Assembly (NCBI RefSeq): GCF_000181795.1 | Contig: NW_003526948.1 | Coordinates: forward strand, 565,268 to 585,267 | From: Trichinella spiralis | Taxonomy: Eukaryota | Direction: 5' to 3' | DNA length: 20,000 bases | Notes under the pieces: generated by a model | Database searches by the model: none | Told to the model about the DNA's origin: nothing | The model's input: only the letters and a program-made list of their open reading frames with translations | Program-made: the position numbers and the translations under genes | In this document: piece after piece, positions 9,351-20,000 of the stretch | How positions within the stretch are numbered: position 1 is the stretch's first letter | Layout: each line of letters starts with the position of its first letter

Positions 9351-11830
9351 TTCAGCACGGTCAGCTTAACTTATCAGTGTAAACCTTTTCAACGGTTAAA
9401 CTGTTTCAATAAACGCAATAATTCAACCTTATTCTTCGTTAAGGAAAATACTGAAGCGCAGCTATAACGCATCGTCGAACCCTGCCATATATAAGCAAGC
9501 TAATTACTGATGCATTACTGCTTTCATAAAATCACTAAATTCATTTGGTGAATTTGTCAATAGTTACCAAACTCCAGTCATATACATCTATGCTTTGAAA
9601 CTGCCAGCAGCAATAAAATGTTTTTCTTCTTATCATTCAAAATTTCTGTGCTTGACTTTAATTTTATCATTTTAAAGATAGTTAATGTCGCTGTTACCAA
9701 ATGCGTAGACGCACATTCAATGAACCTTTATTGCAACGCTTTTTAACGCATTGTAAAGTGATTTGCGCATGTTCTAATATATCCATCTTAGCAAAAAGCA
9801 GCGAAAATTGTTGTTCCTCTACAAATCGACATCAATAAGCTGAAAATCTAATAATAAGCCAAAATTTAAATTTAGAAATTCAAAACAGAATCATACTTCC
9901 TAATTCAATTCTCTAACACTTTAACCATTGCAGCATTAACAGGTGTAAGAGATCTGATAATGCATGCTTTCGTAGATTCTGTTACCATAAACTTCAAAAA
10001 TAGCTCATTTTCAGATTTTTACACTTTACTACTTGAACATATGCAGCTTCAAATGAAATCACCAAATTGAAGATATGAACTCTATTAATAGAAAGAAAAA
10101 AATGTTTTTCTGCATACAACAAAAAGTAATTTGCACGAAAGAGTTTATTTAAAAAACCTATCAGTCATTATATTTTCCCAAAATGCTGTTTGATAAATGC
10201 ATGTGTCAATCATTTTAGTTTCCTGCTTCTAAACAATGACACGTTCCACTTGGAGAAAACGGTTTAGTGAAAAGAAAAAAGCCGCTATTTAGTTCATAGC
10301 TGTTCGTTTAGGGTTTTATTGAAATTTATTTAAGACTGTAAAATTTGTCGCAGATCGCTTAATTGCAATATTTTCCAAAAAATAAACAAATAAACAAAAG
10401 CATTAGAAAATGATATAAGCACAATTGCTGTTCACATAAATTATAATATCAGCGGTTATTTTTCCATACACTTCACCCCTAATAGAGTAGTAGAAGTAGA
10501 AAAATAAAGTGTGGAAAGTTTAAACAAGGTTAAAGTAAACTGAAATGCGCACACATGCTAATGAGTGATTTACTTCAAATAAAATGGTATTTTGTCTGTT
10601 GAGTGCATTTTGCAAAATACAGTTACGATAGAATATAATAAATAAATAAAATTTAACATAAAAAAACAGGAAGTTTCTATATGTATTTTACCATTTGCGA
10701 TTGAACATACAATTAGACTGAATAATATTATATTTCATTCAATGACGTATTTATTGTTTTATCTACCTACTTTGAACATGCAAAAGTAATTTTAATTTAG
10801 AAAAGTGAAAAAGCTTTTACTTTATAACTTTGAAATAGGATAATGTAATATCCATTTGAGCAGAAAAAGTAGATTTTACAGCCAAGTAAGTTTAGAAAAA
10901 CGCATTTTGATTTTATCTATTTTCAGTTTTGCCATGAAAAGTTTTGATTTTCTACTGTTTAAGTAACATTTAAAGAAATATTTTTAATGAAATTATTATT
11001 TTATTGTTTAACATTTATCAAATGTAACTTTATTGTAAATATCAATTTTTTTCTAATTTGAGTTATAAGGCAACTCCATATACATTATATAACCGTGTTT
11101 TATTTACAAAACTAAGATATAGGCTTCAATGAAGAAGCCACAGGCTACTTTGTGAAAAATCTAATCAGCACATTTCAGAAGCTACACATGCAGTAGAATT
11201 TATATAGCCATCCTGCTTTTGCATTTCAACATAAAAATAAAAAGTATTATAAAACGGTGCTGAATTATTATTCCAGTTTAGAACAAACTGAATGATTTTC
11301 CAAAACATTTGAAAAGTTAGCTTTCATAAATCTGCATAACTATGGCAAATGATCAGATGGCAAACTAAACTATTAAAAAAGCACATTAATTTTATCTGTC
11401 ATTGCAATTAATTTTGCTATTTAATTTAGTAATTTAATTTAAAACAGCATAATATAGATTACGAAGTTGTTCAAATGTGATTTTTTGAAATCACAAAGTA
11501 ATGAAGTAACTACAAAGCTCATCATTATAACAAAGAATAAAATCAAATAAGTGCCACTTTCAATCTTTTATTCTATAAGTTTTGGCAATAGATGTCTGTC
11601 TGCCTTTATTAACATTCAACACTTCTTGCAGTGATTTAGCTCAAATCATAATATATGCAAAAAAACTGAAAGGTTCTCATCATGACAGACAAAATCGATA
11701 AATTAAAACAAAAAATATCGATCACGTTTATCATACAAGTGCGCATCTCTTTACATTGTCTGTACAACATGAAAACAGTGCTCCTATTCTGAAAAATAAT
11801 ATTGCTAATTATATAAAATAAAATACAGCT

Positions 11831-11870
11831 ATTTTATTTATTTTATTTTATTTTATTTTATTTCATTTAT
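11831..11870. repeat. Imperfect (ATTTT)n pentanucleotide repeat
   Basis: Seen directly. Confidence 0.85.
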
Positions 11871-14800
11871 CTAATAAATGAGCGTAATATTCCTTCTTCG
11901 AATGTATTTTTCAAAACATTAGTGTTAAATAATAATTCCCAAAATCATAGAAATTACAAATTTGTACTTTCAGCGATTGAAATACTAGATACAACTGATG
12001 ATCATTTTAAACAGTTTCCAAAAAAATTTCGTAGATATTTCAATTGTAGATTTATCCTAGCCTAGCCAATTTAATAAAAATGTAAATCCCCCAATTATCC
12101 ACAGATAGAACAATAGTAACATAATTGCTTGTACAGTAATTATTGTTTCAGTTATTAAAAATAATATTAAATTATGATGCAACTATTTTTCATTTAACAA
12201 AATGAGCAGCTGTAGTTTTTCAAGTATTCGTAAACATGAATTGTGCTTAAACACCCACGACGAGATAGCGCTTCAAAGTTAATTACAGCTTTCTGCTAAC
12301 CACAGCTATCTGCTTGTGCAATCACTTAAAAGAAGAAAAATCATCGGGGACGAAAACAAATTCGTTTTTCAGTATTGTCTTACACGAAAACCATTTCAAA
12401 ATCTGCAAGTACTTTACTTTTTATCTTTATTATGCCACTTTCTAATGAAAACCAATAAAATATGGCTTAAAAGTAATTAAAGAAATTACTTTTTTGTTGG
12501 AATAAAAAGGCACCTTATCATACAAAATTATTTCCCTAGTAAACCATATCGCCAAAATGTGATTTCCTTCAAACAGTTGCTCTACAAAGCATTCTTTCAT
12601 AAGTGATAATTATAAATTTGAATTCTTGAAAAATACAGTATGTTGAAAATAGCAAGCATATGTGCTACGCTACGCAGTGAAAAATAGATCATGAACAACA
12701 AATACTGAAGCTAATTATTTGCATGAATTTGCTGAAATGGAAAGCAGATTACTACTCAACTTTACGGTCTATTAAATTGGATTATCATTCATTAGTTTTA
12801 ATTTTGTAAACCAAACTGGTGCAAACTTCAAGCTTCAATTCTCAGTTTCAAACTTCGCTAAATTGTGGTTCAATACTTTGATTTTTAAACATAATATATA
12901 AATAATTGCAATTTACTGCAAAATTTATATTTAAAACTTTACTGAAGTAAGCCAGCTATACGGTGAATAATAGTATAATGGTTTTCATTGAAAAAATAAA
13001 TGCAATTTTAAATTTCATAAAATGCATGCTTGTTCAACGAAGCTCAAACAATGCAAATTGTTCCTACAACAAATATATAAAGTCAATTTGAAGATGTTGA
13101 AAAATTTTGAAATCCGTTTCGAACGAACAATATAAATTGCTGATAAACAAACATTGGTGAAATTAATAAAAATGTCATCTTGATCATAGGATTAGTTTAT
13201 TTACTTGACAGTTGAAAATTGTAAAATTGAAAATCAAATTCCAGTTAATTATTGCTAGTTATCCATGTTAAATGAAATGCTCAAACAGAAACATGGAAAA
13301 GCATTAATTTGCCCTTATTCACTAGACTAGAACAGATGGATACTTTGTCATGTAAACAAAAGTCCACTTTCTTTAGATAAAATTGACTTGTTGACAACAA
13401 ATTTTATAGTGCATATCAAGGCACTGATCATATTTATCTCTTATTTCTTAATAAGTTCAATGTTGTTTCACATAATTAAAAAATTAATAATTAATTTGTA
13501 AAGTGAAAGTAGAAATAACGTTGAAGTTATAATAGACTAAAAGATGCATTCTTTTTTTAATAAGACCAGTGGCAAGACAATGAAAAGCATAATCTTTCTT
13601 ACCCATGCATCATTGTGAAGATAGACTTATTTTCTGTCGTCTTGACGGGCTTTTTGGTGGACAAGCACATACAATAATATATAACTTTTATCCACTGCTT
13701 TATGAAGAAATAGAATAGTCCTAATTAAATATCTTATCTAATTTTTACTAAACAGAACAGCGTAAAGTTCCCTTAGGATATTTTGCGTTTAGAAATGAAC
13801 ATGATCATTTTAGGCAACACAATTGACTTTGCCATATAGTCCTTTATTACTATGAAAATCAAAATTCTATAAAATGCACAAAACGGAAGCCAATCACTTG
13901 TGAAAGATCTTATAAAAGCACATCCACAGCCTTAACTCTGGTGGCTACTGTTTGAGTGAATTTAATTTTTTCGATTTTTTCTTGATATCGATCCGTAACT
14001 ATAGGCTTACCAAACTGAAAATTGGCTATATGAAGAAAATGAGTGGTCCACAATTGAATTAAGTGTTCTGTTTTCAGAAAATACACTGCCACGTAAACTG
14101 TACTTAGCATACTAGCATAACTCCATCGTCAATAAGATTCACAAATATTTTCTTCTGTTTTATTTAACATTCTGCACCTCTAAGTCTATATAACGAAACT
14201 GCTGTTTAGCTAACAGTCCTATTCAGCTTTGCTTAAAAATAAACAGCATCATCTGCTTCTCAAATAAAAGCATTATATTATGTTAGTGCAATTATTTTTA
14301 AAATCTTATTTCACTGCTGGTTTATTACAAAGGATAAAAAGCAAAGGAAGCTACTGCTTCTGATTTCATTTGAACATGTGTGAGCAACAAATTCTTAAAG
14401 ATTATCATCATTTTACTTCAAACTTTTGCTCTTTATCCACGTAAGATATTTCACAGATGCTCAAGCCTTTTGATGTAGAAAATAACTGACCAACTAACAA
14501 TCTCTAATTCAAACTTATAGCTCCTGATAAACTTACTAATGCCAAATTTGGCTTGCGCAACTTGTAACTTAAAGCATCTTTGTAAAAGAATGAACTGCCT
14601 TTTATAATTTAAAATCTCTGTTTTCTTTGACCAAATTCACTTTTCATGTAGAAAATATTCTTCCTTTGGCATATTATACTGATAATGAACATTTGGTGGA
14701 TATTTTTTGTTGAAAATTAAAACGTTAAAATGCGCAGTATTCGTGATTCATATTTGAACGTGATGAAAACGTCGTATTTATCAATGCAGTCCTTAATATC

Positions 14801-15769
14801 AAACTGTTATTTGCATGAGAGCCTCTATGCAAAATTTTTAACAAAAAACCCAAGACCTTCAATAAAAATACAACAGAAAACCTCAAGGTGAAGAACAATT
14901 TTTATACATTAAAAAAGTTTTTAATTTGTATTAAATTAAGCGATCTTTTTTGCAACATTGACAAGATATTTAACATTTATCGCAAACTCATCTTCAGAAA
15001 ACGTTTTCTAATTATTTTTCATTTTCTACAAAACACAATAGCGTTTAATTGAATTACAAGGTAAAAAATGCATCCCGATTGAACAACTAAAACCGTTTTG
15101 TTATGCATTTTGCACCTCAAGAAATCTTAAAGACGAAAAAATAGTTGTTGAGCATGAGGTTGAAACCAAGTTTTGTTATTCAGTAAATTATTCTTTCAAT
15201 TTATAAAGCTCCACAGAAATATTTAGGAAATCTTTTTACTATGATGCATAATACTTCTCTCAAAAGTAGACAAATTCAAAAATATAAAATAAAAGAAAAT
15301 TAAAGTTTTTTACGAAGTCATATTTATATGAAAACGCAGCGCTGTACACATCAAAGTTTTTCGGTTTATTTCGTTTATTAATTGTAAAAATTAAAATATA
15401 TTTCAATATAATTCTTGGAATGATTAAATAGTTGACAATTCCTTGCTTTAATTTTTTAACAAATTTTGATTGGGTTCAGTTTAAGTAATCATCCGACTTT
15501 AATGTTACATTATCTGCTTGAGCAACTTTTATGAACCTGCAGGGCAGTAAGGGAAAAGAATTTATAAATTTGATTCTATTTTTTACCAAGTTTTTTATCA
15601 ATAATTTGATACATGGAACAACAAAATAATATTGTTACAATAAAAAAAACGCTTAAAAAAACACTTACCAAAAAGACAGATATGAATATTTGAATGGATG
15701 TTGATGATGACGAGAAGTAATCTCGATTTTCAATAGCGCGTGGCGGGGGATTCTGTTGACATTAGTGCG

Positions 15770-16330
15770 ATGATGAAAACCCAAAGCAGTGTTGGTAGTT
15801 GGGAATTGGCTGATCAAATTCGACGTTTGGTAAAGTCTGATTTTGTCGGGCTAGTGACTTTTGATCTAAATAATGGTGAAATAATTGCATTGGCATATGT
15901 TGATCTAAGTTGAGCTTCGTTCCAACTCAACTATAATAATTAATGTTAAAATAAAAGAACAAATCTGCAACTGAAATTAGTCCATTAAAAGAAAGCAACT
16001 GCCCAAGACTGTGACCTCTGATAACTCCTTCTGGACATTAGCTGCTCTTAGCTTAGCAAGCAAAAGCATTTGGTTAAAGTGCAGGCATTGAAAAATAAGT
16101 TTTTAATTCTTCAATTCTACGCATCTTGCAGTCGACAACCAGTTCCTGGAAAGAATGAGTTTGGATTACCCATAAATCTTTCGCTTTACAACTCATTTAG
16201 ACAAAAAGCGCAATTGTCGCCGAGAAATATGAAGAATAAACGATTGCAGGCGGCAAAATTGTCGATTGGTTCCAACGGGCCTGTCGACTGTCGGTCTGAT
16301 CATAAATTCAGCTTAATATTGATTTCCTAA
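15770..16330 (+). CDS. Candidate spliced orphan gene, 116 aa; exons 15770-15829, 15981-16072, 16132-16330
   Basis: GT-AG introns of 151 and 59 nt with compatible phases (0, then 2). The last exon lies in ORF 16070-16330. No recognisable domain. Confidence 0.35.
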
Positions 16331-18540
16331 TCATCACCTCATTGGCTTAAGAATAAGAATAGCTGTTCAACAAAGACCATATGCAACTTCCTTCATATCT
16401 CACCTCTATATTATACATAATGCAATATTTACGTGATTCAAATTCGCTCTTCCGCTGAGAAAGTTCATCCTTAATATAGTTTAAAATTATACATCGTTTG
16501 AAACTTGTCGCGTATAATGTAGCTTTATTCAGTTAAAATGGTAGTAGTACGAACGAGTAATAAGAGACTAATCAACCGGCGGAATGCGCGCGCGGACAGA
16601 AAATAGGTTAGTTATAATCAGGTAAGTAAGTATGTATAAGTTACAGTAATACATTTGTTGGCGTATTAACAACTAATGCACGAAATAATTACGACAAAAC
16701 TGAATCACAAAAGTATTTTTTTAATAATTACTGACTGATGAGTTATTGTAGAAATATACGCATATTGTAAATTATCTTCTAGTTACAAATAATATTTTCA
16801 AATCAATAGATTTATCATAGTTAATGCATCATAACTCATGCCATCATAAAATGCACTATATTTTGAATTTTATATTTACTAGCTTCTTTTTGTGGAATTA
16901 CTACTAACAATGTATTTTTAGAACACATAGTCAATGGATTATGTCTTTCCTGAATGTTTTATGTGAGATTTTTATTGCACTAGAAAAATCAAATGCTACT
17001 TGACTGTCCCATCATACCGACATAACTTTTAACAAACATTGTATTCGTGCAGAAAGTTAACTTTTTAAAAATTTTCTTTTAATAGGCAATATTGAAGTTG
17101 TGGTAACCGATAGTTTAATGCAATAATAAATTCACGAGAAATTCTAACTACAACCTTTATTGTTCTGCAATATATTCATAACTGAAGTTTACAGTATAAA
17201 AACATTTTATTTTCGAAATTCATATCAAACATTTGGAACTTCACTGAAATATTTGCATATTTTATTTTACTTTCATAATATTTGAAATTACGAAGAATGC
17301 AAAACTAGATTATATGTTATCAATGTATGCCACTGTTTGTACGACAAACTAACTGAATGAATTAGCGCCAAAGAATTTGCAATCTTAATCTGCTTTTAGA
17401 CAAACGTAATAAATTAGCATAAGCTTAAGTCTTTAGGTAAACTGAAATACTGCTTAGGAAATATACATTTATATTTAATTAATGAAGAGCTCATTTTAAT
17501 CTAAATCATTTACTTTAACATTAAAGTAAGTTTACAACATTGTTGCTCAGTATTTTGCCAGAAATTAGCCAGATATCAATCAGTGTTATTTATTTGAAAT
17601 AATCAAGAGTAAATCTATTGAATGAATTTTATTTTTTATAAACAAATATCACACTTTTCAATTTATTAAATAAATATTCTTGAATCAACACTTTTTTTAT
17701 CACTTGGTGTATTTTACGTCAATCATTGGCAGAAATCAGATAGAGTTTCGTAAGTTTGGAAAAGCAATTGTCAGATAAGCTTTTGAATAAATATAAAAAT
17801 CAATAAAAGTAATAATTTCATATCCCAAATCTAAAGCATCTTTATCAATAGCATCAATTTACGTTTTGATGCAATAACTCGCCATTCTTTAAACGCTGAT
17901 GTCTATCAAGCATCGACAAAGAGGAAAACGCGCCTTCGTCACTCTTCAATAATTGCACTGAATAAAGTTTTATGATTATGTGGTCATTAAGTTTAAATTC
18001 AACATTTCGTCTAAAATACTCAAGAAAATTTTAGCAGCATTAAAACTATAAATAGGCATTTAAATTCAACCATAAAAATCACAACATTAACAAAGTTTTT
18101 CCATTTTCCATAGTGCATACAACGACTATTTAATAAAAATTAAGAATACATCCATGAAATATGCACTGTATTAAACTTTTACCAATTAAAACAATATTTT
18201 TAGTTTATTAATTACAAACAAAATAAATTTTAGTCACAAATAATAATAATGATGATGATAATAAGCAAAAGTAACTGCCGTAACAAAAATGAGTGCTGTA
18301 AATTAATTAATAAAAATTAACGTACTTTTTTAATAAATTATTTTATGCTAAGTTTATATTGATATCTTTCATAAATTGAATGCAAAATTGCAAACGTAAA
18401 CTAGCGAAATTCACTTTTTCAAATAACAGCTTCAAGTTAACTAGACCCCTAACGTTCCTACAATTTACCATTTACTTAATAAGATAAATATTGTTTTATG
18501 CTTTAAAGACAAAAAATCAAAAAAAGATTTTTTTCAAAAA

Positions 18541-18546
18541 TTTATT
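18541..18546 (-). promoter_or_regulatory. Candidate polyadenylation signal AATAAA of the regulator gene
   Basis: AATAAA about 310 nt past the stop, where the GC-richer 3'UTR-like sequence gives way to very AT-rich DNA. The hexamer is common by chance here. Confidence 0.3.
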
Positions 18547-18853
18547 ATCAAAGCTTTTTAAATTATTACACGAAGACTTGATAAGTTGCAATGATCACTG
18601 CTGTTGCCCCCAAGTTCGTAATTTAGGTATTTTCTGTCAATAACGTTGTTATTATCACTGATCTCCTGACTTCTGCTGCATTACAATATCGTTCTGTTAA
18701 TGTCAGCACTATTTTTCCCGGTATTGTAAAGCAGTTTCATTTAAATATCAGAGTGTTACTCGGCGGTATTATACCATCACACATGAAAAATGAAAACCTG
18801 CAAAACTGAAACAACCTTAATACTGACAAGCAATAAAAGTGGATGGGAAAATC

Positions 18854-19242
18854 TCAAAGACGTTTCGTCTTCTTGGCAGGAGGGGAGCCGACAGATTGGC
18901 TGGAACATTCCAAAGACAAATCAGTCTCACAACTGCATCCCATCAAGCAGGAATTGGAATCGGCCACATCCGGTATAAAAGTATAACACGCTTGAGAGAC
19001 TCTATTCGATTTTCTGCGGCTAGCGTGATTACTACTTGTCACAGTGTTCAACGAAAGATCCAAAGGACGAGGACTTGCTTCGGCAGCGGCTTCATCATTG
19101 GACGTTGGCAAAGATGCTGCAAATGATGTACACGTAAACATTGAAGGTGATACAACGCCTGTATTATTGTTGTTGCCAGAATTTGAAGATGCAATGCAAG
19201 TTGACTGATTACTGTTGAAAAAGTTCAAAAATTGATCCGACA
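18854..19242 (-). CDS. Terminal exon of a probable transcription regulator (PLDLS CtBP motif, C-terminal NLS PPAKKTKRL)
   Basis: Acceptor gctttcag (19243-19244), phase 1, stop TGA at 18854-18856. Ser/Asn-rich low complexity; PLDLS at 19052-19066 and SPPAKKTKRL at 18857-18886. Confidence 0.85.
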
Positions 19243-19515
19243 CTGAAAGCAAAAATACCAATCACCAATAAAAAACGTACATAAATACACTTTCTGCAAA
19301 GAGCAGCTATTAGTTATTTGAAACAAAATCCTGTACTTCATAACTGAACTCACAAGTAGTTCTCCACGGCTACTATAAGTTAGAATGGTATTAAAAATGA
19401 ATAATAATAATAATAACTCATTCAACATCTCAATTCGTTTTCAGTGATGTATATCAGGATTTTTTTCGTTTCCTCTTTCTTAATTGAGCACATAAAAATA
19501 TGATAATTTTCATAC

Positions 19516-19726
19516 CATCTTTTAAAAGAATACTAGATTCGTCAACACTGGGATTGGAGAACATCGACTGCATTAAATAAGCCAATTCAGGTCCGGCTTC
19601 TTCGAACAAAAGTCGTGGTGGTATTGGTGTCGAACGCGGTGTCTGTTTGGGAGTTGTCAACGGACTGCAGAATAAATAGCTTGTTGGCGAAATGAAACCA
19701 GGAGCAAAATTTGATGGACTAATTGA
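19516..19726 (-). CDS. Penultimate exon of the same regulator (SISPSNFAPGFISPTSYLFCSPLTTPKQTPRSTPIPPRLLFEEAG...LLKD); possibly nuclear factor I-like
   Basis: Acceptor gtttcag (19727-19728), donor g|gtatga (19515), 211 nt, phase 0/1 joining the terminal exon. The NFI assignment is only a recalled resemblance of the SPxTTPxxTPRxTPIP motif. Confidence 0.85.
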
Positions 19727-19923
19727 CTGAAACAAGCAACATAATAATAATTAAAATAACTTTAAAATAAACTAAACATATATATTCCTGATAAAATTCA
19801 ACTCATCAACAGCTTTAACAATGCAACACAAGCATACATACATACATGCTTATTTTTATATTTACCGGTAAAACATAATTTCCGTCAACGTTCATTTGCA
19901 TTTATTTATAAAATAAATTATAC

Positions 19924-19997
19924 CTGATGACTTGAGAAAACTACATTGGCAATGCAGCACTGTGCAGAGAAGACAAGAGAGCATTATTAGCATCCAG
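19924..19997 (-). CDS. Probable further upstream exon of the regulator; boundaries unresolved
   Basis: GC-richer segment with donor cag|gtataa at 19923. It reads CCIANVVFSSHQ (19924-19959, phase 0) or LDANNALLSSLHSAALP using a gtagtt donor. Context is cut by the window edge. Confidence 0.35.
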
Positions 19998-20000
19998 CTA

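Noticed and set aside
11974..12030. + strand exon-like segment reading IEILDTTDDHFKQFP (Ras-like ILDT)
   Set aside because: It lacks DTAG, and no P-loop or NKxD exons were found.
13910..14110. 66-aa minus-strand ORF
   Set aside because: No recognisable homology or supported splice partners.
15770..15840. ATGATGA (C) ... CTGA (D') ... CTGA (D) with snoRNA-like spacing
   Set aside because: No clear C' box, closing stem or identifiable rRNA complement. A snoScan/Infernal hit would be needed.
18790..19126. + strand ORFs 18790-18978 and 18839-19126
   Set aside because: Antisense shadows of the minus-strand terminal exon.
19225..19428. Minus-strand ORF 19225-19428 and an exon-like piece with a gtgagt donor at 19343
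   Set aside because: It lies in intron 19243-19515. The 16/19-nt piece would shift the frame, whereas direct splicing is already in frame.
1..20000. CRISPR array, tRNA, rRNA, snRNA, U12-type intron or operon
   Set aside because: By eye I found no regularly spaced repeats, recognisable RNA-gene motifs or RTATCCTT donors at exon ends. The two minus-strand genes are kilobases apart.

Overview
This is AT-rich eukaryotic genomic DNA with many short introns (51-91 nt) and TTTCAG/TTTTAG acceptors. That architecture is nematode-like, possibly Trichinella (inference). Most supplied ORFs are spurious, and the real genes are spliced. (1) Minus strand, about 9350 down to 1: the 5' part of a Dbl-family RhoGEF of the PLEKHG5/PLEKHG7 type, rebuilt by hand from about 11 phase-compatible exons. 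The DH-domain start (NWTCLYG...QAMWELFHSELIFL) is at 34-171 and the gene runs off the left edge. It has micro-exons, NAGNAG acceptors and several candidate alternative first exons. (2) Minus strand, 19726 down to 18854: the last two coding exons of a probable nuclear transcription regulator with an S/T-P cluster, a PLDLS CtBP-binding motif and a C-terminal NLS. It may be NFI-like (unverified). (3) A GC-richer island at about 15670-16630 holds a candidate three-exon orphan gene on the + strand, between two outward-facing consensus splice donors. (4) A possible eroded Ty3/gypsy reverse-transcriptase relic lies in a RhoGEF intron. Microsatellites and small hairpins are also present. I found no prokaryotic features, CRISPR array, tRNA or rRNA, and no convincing novel multi-gene system.
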